From Bacteroidota bacterium (GTDB lineage: Bacteria > Bacteroidota > Rhodothermia > Rhodothermales > Bin80): DNA of 64,000 bases. The stretch's first letter is position 1, and every line of letters starts with the position of its first letter. The notes below the pieces were generated by a model, which saw only the letters and a program-made list of their open reading frames with translations, had not been told where the DNA came from and searched no databases. Location of the stretch: contig JAPPNA010000162.1 of NCBI GenBank assembly GCA_028873925.1, positions 2,345 to 66,344 of the forward strand, in the 5' to 3' direction. The translations under genes were made by a program, and so were the position numbers. Positions 20,651 to 29,289 of this stretch are shown one piece after another.

Positions 20651-21587
20651 CCGTCATCCTGGAGGCAGTTTGAATCGGTGCCTTATGCCGGAAACGCCGG
20701 ATTGTCGGGACCGGACATACGCAGCCACCATTCCTGGCAGGATCCGATGCCGACATCCCGGAACTGCCCGTGCAGACACCGCCCGGCTGGACAGTTCCCT
20801 TAAGCACGCCGGAACCGTGCGACACCGGGGCGCTTATTGGTTACGATTAAAGCCTGGCTACTTGAATTGAACCTTCAGGCCGGTCTCCACCTGATTGTGC
20901 GACAAGTAACCGGCCTTATGAACTGCGAAACGCAACACCCCTGAAATTAGCGTTAGGGTGCCGATGGATGAGGAATTCGTGAAGGGGTGGTGTTCGGCCC
21001 AGGTAATGACGATAATAGGTGTGCACAAAAACCGGATTATCCCTAGCCAAGATCAGGCAACGAGCTGGCTCCGCACCCAGGAGAAGGGTGTCTCCCTATT
21101 GTGGATTTATCAGCTGGTCATCGAGGACCGGGCCCGCGGCGGCGATTTGCGCTTGCGCCGGAAGGGGAAGACGCGCCGTATGATGACGGACGAGGACAGG
21201 ATGCCGAACCGGGTGGGGATTGCGTCACGCCCAGCGATAGTGGAGGAAAAGTCACGCATGGGAGACTGGGAGGTGGATTTTGTTGCGGGTATAATGGCTA
21301 TGTGCTTACGCTGTGAGAGCGTAAGAGGAAGCTTTTGTTGATGAGCCAACTGGCCAATAAGCAGGCCGACACGGTAAGGCGGGCCATTGTATGGCTGCTC
21401 GAGCCACACAAGCGGTGGGTACACAAGGTTACCACGGATGGCGGGGCGGAATTTGCGAAGCACGAAGTGTTCGCCAAGCGGCTGGGCGCTGCCGTGTATT
21501 TTGCGGATCCCTGTGCTTCGTGGCAGCGTGGACTGAGCGAGCATACCGTCAAGTCGCCCGGGGGTGAGATTCACCGGGCGATTCAGC
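20651..21587. mobile_element. Composite insertion containing an IS30-family remnant
   Basis: GCTGA direct repeats at 20646-20650 and 21588-21592. Removing the insert rejoins rloB as KLLS|KMRQYL. Confidence 0.65.
20958..21548 (+). pseudogene. IS30-family transposase remnant
   Basis: WIYQLV..DRARGGDL, RPAIVEEKSRMGDWEVD, TTDGGAEFAKH, VYFADPCASWQRGLSEHT. Frameshifted, with an internal stop, and truncated at both ends. Confidence 0.88.
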
Positions 21588-21781
21588 GCTGAGCAATTTA
21601 CCTGGTGACTCCCTGTGTGCCCGTAGATCTAAGGATTTTGACGGAAACTGCACTTTCGGGTCCTCCAAATCATAAGGAAATACTCTGGCTCGGCGACTTT
21701 GCCCTCGCAGGCGATGATGAACAAAGGTTTAGGCTCACGTAACTTCGGGGACCTGTGCGTAGAACTTCGGTGTCGGAGCAT
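21588..21781 (-). pseudogene. RloB-like protein, N-terminal fragment
   Basis: MLRHRSS...LFIIACEGKVAEPEYF (TOPRIM-like CEG..E..YF motif). The ATG overlaps the upstream ATPase stop (TGATG); further frameshifts follow. Confidence 0.75.
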
Positions 21782-22988
21782 CAGGGGGTAACTGGCAGGG
21801 AATCGTCTTGTTGGGCCATTGATGTGAAACCAAAGTGTGGCACGCCCCCAAGCTGACCATTGATGTAGGCTCTGCGCAAATCGGTATCTGCCCGAAGACC
21901 TTTGAACTCGTTGAAGGAGTAGAGACGGGTCCCTCCACTGGACAGGCGTTCCGTAACCCACATTTCGTCACGTCTGAGCAACAACTGATCCATGAGGTGA
22001 ATGTCATGGGTGGTGAAAATAAGCTGCGAGCGACCATGCTCATTACATCTCTCCAGGAACGCTTCCACCAACTCGCGTGTCAGCGCAGGATGCAGGCTGC
22101 GCCCCAGCTCATCTATCACGCAGATAGTCCCCTGCTTGGGATCCGACAACTCAACCAGAAACGGCAACAATTCTATTAGATGCCGGGAGCCAGCTGACTC
22201 CATTACGATGTCAAAGGTGATAGCCGTTCCGTCGGCGTTTCGGTGGTTGGCCACTAGTTTTGCGGCACGCAATCGGACATCGTCCCGAGTGATAGAGAAC
22301 AGCTGGCCAGTTGGTCCAGAAATAGTCACCCAATGATCCTCCCTAAGGGTGGCGATAATGTCGCTTCTGACTTCCCCGAGCATTGGAACTGATTCAAGCG
22401 GGATCTCGGTGCTATTGAGATCTTCTATACCCGTGTTAAATTGTCTCAGCAAATGGCTGACTCGCCCTTTCAGTTGATTATCATGAGAAATTCGATGAGT
22501 GATGCCGATAGCCGGGCCGCCCAGTCGCAAATGCTCCCGGAACCAGTCGCTCACAGGGCGAAAGTGATCCACATTCTGAGATACCGAGTTAGTCAGAAAA
22601 AGCTCATTCTCCCGCGTGCCCTCAAATGCGAAACGCAAGAACTGAAGACGTTTCATACCCGGGGCGAATTCAATCCGGCCCCCATCGCGGGCAAACAATA
22701 CTCTTTTACTCGCGCTGGTGACCCTAACGAGCTTCTCCGAGATCACCGCATCGGCTGCGACGCTAAAGCTGTCTCAAGAATGGTGTCGTCGATCAGCAGC
22801 TCAAAGGTGAAATGTGTCGGCAGGCGAATTGAATCGGAATCAAGCAGGAAGGGCTGCACCGGTATACGTTCGCCAAGCCGTGTACCATTCACCACAAGAC
22901 TACGTGCGAGAGCGAGCGCAGCAACTAAGTTGGGCGCCTTGTGAAGTGCAGACCTCGCCAACCCGGCCACTCCCGTTCTTCCGAGCAA
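21781..22988 (-). pseudogene. RloA/AbiEii-like AAA_21 ATPase pseudogene
   Basis: ESAGSRHL, VIDELGRSLHP, QLIFTTHD, LRRDEMWVTER, AYINGQLGGVP. Split into two ORFs (21781-22746 and 22743-22988); no intact Walker A. Confidence 0.82.
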
Positions 22989-23505
22989 AGGCTGGCTTTG
23001 AAGGTGGCTTGTGAATCAGAGCTGCGGTCAGTCCGCTAACGGCTGCAATCCAGGTCGCTAACATTTTGCTGCCATCCACATCACACGCATCCCAATTCCC
23101 CATCGTTCACTTATCCGACCCATCTGACCCCGGTAACCGGCGCACACCGGCCAAAGCGGCCATTCGGACCTGGATGCGAATGCTGGTGAGGTACGCGTTC
23201 GGTTCGAAATTCAATCCCCGTGCGGGTATTTGTACCCCGGTTGCACAGTCTCCAGGGATTCGATTGAGGATTACGTCAGGATTGCCGAGGAGTCAATGGC
23301 AGCGAGTCGGCCCCAACGGAGCCATGACCCACCATTGCCTCTACCATTCTGTCGGACACATTATCCATCGGACCGAGCGAGTCCAAGGGGAATGTGCTCA
23401 AACTGCAGGATAACGCAAACCGGATCGCCGAATGACGCGCTTGATGGTAACCGACGTGGCCCGCTTAAGTCGGCATCGGCAGTCCGCAACTTCGGAGAAA
23501 GCATA

Positions 23506-24198
23506 CTACTGCTGACCGGAATCCGCCGACTCGGGGGACAACTTGACATCCCCGCACAGGTACTGCAGAATCGCGGAAGCGCTCTTGAAGGTCCGATGTG
23601 CTCCCACCTGTGTCAGTTCCCTGGCGCCGAAACTGCTGGTAAAGCCGATGACCGTGCAACCGGCCGCTGCTGCTGAGGCTACCCCGTACTTGGAATCCTC
23701 GATCACAAGACAGTCCGCAGGACGCGCATTCATACGGCTCGCGGCAAACTGGTAGGGCTGGGGGTTGGGCTTGGGATGCCTGATGTCTGCCGCCGTTACG
23801 ACCATCGGGAAATATTTCCCGAGACCAAATCGCTGGAACGCGCGCACCTGATCCTTCTTGGCGGCAGACGTGACCAGTCCAAGCGGCCATTCTCGCCGGT
23901 GCATGAACTCAATCAGCTCCAGCATGCCCGGTATCAGTTCCACTTCCTGTGACAACTCGGCGTATGCAGCAAACTTAGCATCCATAAGCGTGTCTGCATC
24001 CACCAGTCCCGCACCCCAGCGTTTGACAACCATCCGGCAGATTTCCTTCTCCGTCAGGCCCCGAAACAGCGGCGAGGCAGAAGCCGGAATCTCAATTTTG
24101 TAGGAACGCAGCGCCACCTGCAAGGCACGCTCATGGATGGGCTCAGAATCCAGAATCACGCCATCCATATCAAACAATACGGCCTTGAATCCCGGCAT
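23506..24198 (-). CDS. HAD-family phosphatase (beta-PGM-like)
   Basis: FDMDGVILDSE, VTSA, KPNPQPY, VIEDSKYGV. Alternative start at 24231. Confidence 0.92.
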   Translation of the reverse strand: MPGFKAVLFDMDGVILDSEPIHERALQVALRSYKIEIPASASPLFRGLTEKEICRMVVKRWGAGLVDADTLMDAKFAAYAELSQEVELIPGMLELIEFMHRREWPLGLVTSAAKKDQVRAFQRFGLGKYFPMVVTAADIRHPKPNPQPYQFAASRMNARPADCLVIEDSKYGVASAAAAGCTVIGFTSSFGARELTQVGAHRTFKSASAILQYLCGDVKLSPESADSGQQ

Positions 24199-24620
24199 AT
24201 CGGTAGCTGAATGTGTCACTCTCGCAGTCATATCATTGAATTTCAGATCCGATTCGCCTCAATAATAGTCATCTGCGGCGATTCCGCCCCCTGTTTTTGG
24301 CGACTGTTAGAATTGGGAGTCGCGACAAATAGAATTTGGGGGCTTCAAGCCGCTTTGTGCGTGAACGGGCCGTATGTGTTGCCCGCGCCCACGATCAACT
24401 CGCTGCGGCATTCAAGATACGGTCGCCGGATTGTTTGGCCTTAACTTCGCGAAAGATGCGGCAGGTTGCGCAGTCAGCCGGCCGGCCTATCCATGCGCCT
24501 CCGGCTGGCCCGGATAGCACTTTGCGACTCAGCACCATAATCAGCGAGTGCGCTGGGAAGCGAACGCGTAATGTCGCGCGCGCACAGGACCGGCGAACTC
24601 TTCGTCAATATTCAACCGAA

Positions 24621-25679
24621 TTACACCACCACACGCTCACCCGAGGCAGTACGCCGGACACCGTAAGCATGATCAGCTGTGATCACTTGCAACGCGAGAT
24701 CTTTGGGCAGTACGAATTCACCAACCAATTCGCCGGCGGAATCAAGCACCTGCCACAGACGATCGCCGGCAACATCCTCCGGGGGATTCCCCCGCCAGAC
24801 ATGTCCCCGCGAATCCACTGCAAGCCGGTCATAGACGGGCTTGAACTCAGGCGTAGCCCTGCGCACATCTTCGCTCATTCTGGAGGGAAGATCAGCACGA
24901 ATTACGGGCACTGGTTCGTGCGGATGTCGGATAGTACGTACCGAATCACCGGTAGGTGATGTTACGCAAATGGCAATTTCCCCGGACCACCCGGAATACA
25001 GAGGGTATCGGGGCTCATAATAAAGCGAAGAGCCCGGGCAAAACTGACTAACGATACAGCCGGGCGGCCATCTTTGAGGAAGACTGCGAGATCAATGTTA
25101 GGCAGGCGGGCGAGCTCGCGCACGACATCTCCAGACCAGGAGGTCTGAACGGTAGATCAATAGCGATCCTGGCCTACATTGCTGGTGCGGAGGCCCATGG
25201 AGTAAGTCATGATGGGGCCAATGCCGGAAACCCCCAATAATTTTCCAGGAAACCGTAGTACATCGTCTCCGGCATAGCGAATCTCCCGCACATAGCCTCG
25301 ATCAGACAGACGAAAGATGTGCACCCGGTCACGCGTGCCATCAGCAACTTAAACTGAATCGGAAGGGCCAACGGCTACTCCGTTCACTTCAACGAACTCA
25401 CCGGGGCCCTCGCCCTCGCGGCCGACGCTGCCGAGCAGTGACTCTTGAGCCGAGAACACCACTACCTCGGGGGCGAATCAGCCGATACCACGATCCGACC
25501 CTGTGAATCCACCGCCAGTCCCCGTATCCGTCCGAATATATAGCCATCCGCCCCTCTTCACCAATGCGTCGTACTGCGCTAAACCGAAATTCCGGCGCAC
25601 TGACCTGAGCTTGCCCGAAGGTCGCCCAGGGCAACACTATGCAGGCAGCAAACAGCGCAGCAAGGGGCTGACATTCCAT
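24621..25679 (-). pseudogene. 6-bladed beta-propeller secreted protein pseudogene
   Basis: Pieces in different frames: signal peptide MECQPLAALFAAC, GSVGREGEGPGEF (~25395-25433), and C-terminal KPVYDRLAVDSRGHVW...WQVLDSAGELVGEFVLP. Confidence 0.7.
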
Positions 25680-26003
25680 GCCCATGCGGCCTCTATTCAT
25701 CGTCTCTCCCAATCCCGATTTCAATCTGACATTCATCGCCCATCGTATTAGGTGCTTGATGGGGTTCAAAAGAAAACGATTCATCACGAATTGTGATTGG
25801 TTGGCGCATCGCCCACGCCACGCGATCGACTTCACGCAATGAGATTACAGGCCAAATGATCCATCCAGTCAAGTCAGCCCACTTGGTGCAAGTCACACGG
25901 GGAAACAACATGCAGCGTAGCACGGCATGGCGCAGCAGGATGGTTCAAGCGGATGTACAGCCCGGGTAACCGGTATACCCACCCCCTATTTGGTCCATTT
26001 TAC

Positions 26004-26030
26004 CCGGATCAGTGCCTCGCACTGATCCGG
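26004..26030. repeat. Perfect 12-bp inverted repeat
   Basis: CCGGATCAGTGC-ctc-GCACTGATCCGG. Confidence 0.85.
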
Positions 26031-26234
26031 ATACGTACTTGATCCGAATGGATCGGGTGCTCCGGCATGAATTTGGTATTTTTCCTGCTCACAGAGATAG
26101 GACCTTGATGTGATGGGAGGTTTGCAGACTGGGGCGCATCCGGCAATACTGGGCAGCGCCGCGCCTCAACACTTCAATGCGATCGGCGTATCAGCGTCTG
26201 ACCCGCAGGATGAATAGGGCAGGGAGGTGAATGC

Positions 26235-27653
26235 ATGAATTATCAGTCTGACCCGAAGACGGAGCGTGCCAAGCTGTTTCAGCATGCGCTGTTTGAGTCA
26301 CTTGAGAAATCCTTGAAGGCTCACGAAACCCAGCAGTCCAGATTGGAAGGCTCGGTCAAAATAAAAGAAAAAGACCTCAAGTCAATTCAATGCCGGATGG
26401 AATATCTGGCTCACGCATATAAGCCGGATGAGCCCGACCTGGAGGTTGTATCCGTCTTCACGCGGCTGCAGGCAGCGGACCGACATGTACGGAGTACCCC
26501 CGCCGCGTCAAAGGATACGGATGATGACTGGGTTTTCTGTTCGGGTCATCTGGCTCCATACCTGGATGGCTGGGGCGTACAGGCCGATGAGGCTCCTCTG
26601 CTACAGCTGCTGCCATCCAGACTCACCGACGAACTCAAAGAGAACTTTGCACGCTATCATCTTGCCGCTCCATGGACGAAGTGGGATTATGGTGCCGTGG
26701 CTGTTGCCGTGCTGGTCGCCTCGCTCTCAGACTATTTTCTCAATGTGGCTCCACCGGGCAGTTTCCGAGGCGAACGTCGCTCCAGAACAGCCATCTCCAG
26801 TTGGCTGAAAGCACAGGCCAGTCCGCTGGCACATCATCACAGCCTAAGCCCCATACCCCAAAACGCTTTCCAACAATGGGTCCAAAAAGTACACCTGCTG
26901 GCCCGGCACTGGTCGCCGACGGCATTCGATGTGCTTGACCCTAACGAGGCCCTGACCGACAACCTCAGAGCCGCGCTCCGTCTGACATCCGATCCGGTAT
27001 TGGGTCTGGTGGTGAGCCTGGTAGATGTCGCGTCCGGCAGATTTGTTTTCCGCACCTGGAATGGAACATGGACTGAGATAAACCGGCTGCCCGGCCAGAC
27101 ATCCACGCTAAACATCCCCGAGGCCATTCTGAAACTGATTCTGTACGGGCTGGCGGATGTGCTCGCGCCGAAGGGCCTACCTGTCGTGTACAACGGACTC
27201 CCCCATCTGCTGGGATTTGCCTCGTCACCCGAGGAATATCCTGATCCCGGATCCATGCCGCTTAAGGAGGTGACCGCACACATGACCGATTATGGCTACA
27301 GACTGGTCGATTTTACGCGGCAGCCCTTCCATTCCGCCATAGTTGAGCTCCTTCTGGCTGCCTATCATGCCGCCCAGGCCATCAGAGGAATCGGCAGTAC
27401 CGGAGGGAATGCCGAGTACGAATGGTTGAAGAGAGAACAGATGCGGCAACTTGCCCTTACCATGATGTCGTCGGCCAGTGTCGTCGGAAGCGGGCTGTAC
27501 GGCTGGAATCCGTTGAATCCCAATCCGGATGACTTCGCCGCTCTGTCCACGAGGATGATGACGGTGATGGGATCGGTGAATGAGCGGAATAAAAAGGTGA
27601 ATAAAGGTCTGATCCAAGGCTGGAAGGATGTTGAGACCGACCTGTTCTTCTAA
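26235..27653 (+). CDS. Hypothetical protein (472 aa)
   Basis: Long ORF with strong RBS (GGAGGTG), N-terminal coiled-coil-like segment and hydrophobic stretches (WDYGAVAVAVLVASLSDYFL). Confidence 0.75.
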   Translation: MNYQSDPKTERAKLFQHALFESLEKSLKAHETQQSRLEGSVKIKEKDLKSIQCRMEYLAHAYKPDEPDLEVVSVFTRLQAADRHVRSTPAASKDTDDDWVFCSGHLAPYLDGWGVQADEAPLLQLLPSRLTDELKENFARYHLAAPWTKWDYGAVAVAVLVASLSDYFLNVAPPGSFRGERRSRTAISSWLKAQASPLAHHHSLSPIPQNAFQQWVQKVHLLARHWSPTAFDVLDPNEALTDNLRAALRLTSDPVLGLVVSLVDVASGRFVFRTWNGTWTEINRLPGQTSTLNIPEAILKLILYGLADVLAPKGLPVVYNGLPHLLGFASSPEEYPDPGSMPLKEVTAHMTDYGYRLVDFTRQPFHSAIVELLLAAYHAAQAIRGIGSTGGNAEYEWLKREQMRQLALTMMSSASVVGSGLYGWNPLNPNPDDFAALSTRMMTVMGSVNERNKKVNKGLIQGWKDVETDLFF

Positions 27654-28672
27654 GATGCCCCCGCTGTAGACAGCCGTACACGCATTAGGTACATGTCGGC
27701 GGTGATGTACAGCACGCTGCCATCGTTGCCAAACGCACAGTTGGATGTGGCCTGTCCGGTCATAAGCGTACCCAGATGCCGCCCCACCGGGGTGAGCACC
27801 AAAACGCCCCCGGGACCGGTGGCAAACAGGATACCCGCCGGGCTCACCTTCAACCCGTCCGGCAGCCCGCTGCGCCCGGCAGCCACCAGGTGAGAGGCAT
27901 CAAAGAGTACGCGCCCACTGCCCAGCGTGCCATCTTCCAACACATCAAAGGCCATCCATACCGGATGGTCGGGGTCGGAATTCGCCACATACAAAGTAGA
28001 CTCATCCGGAGAAAACGCAATACCGTTCGGACGGGACATGCCGGACTCCAAGAGCTTCACCGTTCCGTCCGGGGCCAGCCGGTATACCCCCTGAAAGTCA
28101 AGCTCCTTCAGCGGATCGGCCATATTCATCTCCAATCCGTAGGGCGGATCGGTGAAATACAACGCGCCGCTGGAGTGATATACCAGGTCGTTCGGGCTGT
28201 TGAAACGCTTCCCGTCGTAGCGGTCCGCGAGAGTTCCATATTCGGGCAGCGGGCTGCCGAACACCGGTTGTGTCAGTCGCGCAATGCGCCGATCACCATG
28301 CTGCGCCAGTACCAGATGCCCCTGGTGATCCAGCGTCAGACCGTTGGATCCAACCTCGCCGCCCCGTACAGCAGTGCCCGTATAGCCGGAAGGCTCCAGA
28401 AAGACCTCCGATCCCCCATCTTCCCGCCATCGGTAGATGCGATTGGGCGGAATGTCTGAGAAAATCAGGAAGTCTCCGTCAGGAATCCAGAGCGGCCCCT
28501 CGGTCCATTGATGACCCTCTGAAAGGATCTCCAGGCGGGCATCAGCAGGCACCAGTGCGCGCAGGGCCTCATCCAGCACTTCAATAGATCCGGTCATAGG
28601 GTAGGGCGGGTCCGGCATCTGACACATGGTCAGGCTAATCAGAAGCAGGGGGCTCCAGCGGCAGCATATCAT
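27650..28672 (-). CDS. SMP-30/gluconolactonase family protein
   Basis: WTEGPLW, FSDIPPN, GSNGL, RFNSPNDL, YFTDPPYG, RPNGIAFSPD, GLPDGLKV. Confidence 0.94.
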   Translation of the reverse strand: MICCRWSPLLLISLTMCQMPDPPYPMTGSIEVLDEALRALVPADARLEILSEGHQWTEGPLWIPDGDFLIFSDIPPNRIYRWREDGGSEVFLEPSGYTGTAVRGGEVGSNGLTLDHQGHLVLAQHGDRRIARLTQPVFGSPLPEYGTLADRYDGKRFNSPNDLVYHSSGALYFTDPPYGLEMNMADPLKELDFQGVYRLAPDGTVKLLESGMSRPNGIAFSPDESTLYVANSDPDHPVWMAFDVLEDGTLGSGRVLFDASHLVAAGRSGLPDGLKVSPAGILFATGPGGVLVLTPVGRHLGTLMTGQATSNCAFGNDGSVLYITADMYLMRVRLSTAGAS

Positions 28673-28678
28673 GGCTAG

Positions 28679-29287
28679 TTATGAGTCTGTGGAGTCCGCG
28701 GGCGCTACCAGGAATCCGAAGGCACCGGGGATGCCCTGATTGGTCTCATCCATGAGCTCGTCCGCTGTCCAGGGGGTCGTACGGTCCGCCGTGGCTTCGC
28801 GAACCAGCCTGACTTCCTCAGCCATTACCGGAGAGGCATCGTTTTCCCAAGCACTGCGCATATAGGTCAGCAGGGCCGCTACCTCTTGGTCATTTAGGTA
28901 TCCTCCCCAGGGTGGCATCGCACCGCTGTACGTCACATTGCCGACCTTCATCGGTCCCATGATTCCGCCCAGCACAATGCGGATGAGCCGCCCTTTGTCT
29001 CCGGTGACCCACTCAGTGTCATTTACAGGAGGAAACACCCCCGGAATGCCGTTACCATCCACCTGGTGGCAGGACATGCAACGGGACAGGTACAATGCCT
29101 CCCCTTCGTCGGCCAATCCGGGCGGACCTTCCGCCCCCAGGAGCCACGCCGTAGCCAGCACAAGAGCACAGACAATCAACAGCCCCACCGGCCCGGTAAG
29201 GGAAGCCGGATGCCCAGCCCCGCAGCAGCAGTGGCTTGTACGCGAATCGGCTGCATCCAGCCGGCCTTCGTTCTGGCAGCAGTTCAT
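28679..29287 (-). CDS. Cytochrome c
   Basis: CMSCHQ haem motif, GVFPP, YSGAMPPW, LLTYMRSAWEN. Confidence 0.9.
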   Translation of the reverse strand: MNCCQNEGRLDAADSRTSHCCCGAGHPASLTGPVGLLIVCALVLATAWLLGAEGPPGLADEGEALYLSRCMSCHQVDGNGIPGVFPPVNDTEWVTGDKGRLIRIVLGGIMGPMKVGNVTYSGAMPPWGGYLNDQEVAALLTYMRSAWENDASPVMAEEVRLVREATADRTTPWTADELMDETNQGIPGAFGFLVAPADSTDS

Positions 29288-29289
29288 GG

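Noticed and set aside
23209-23246. ATTCAATCCCCGTGCGGGTATTTGTACCCCGGTTGCAC resembles a CRISPR repeat (reverse strand ends GGGGATTGAAT)
   Set aside because: I saw only one copy, with no spacer periodicity and no cas genes in the window. It could be an orphan repeat, but that is unsupported without a genome-wide search.
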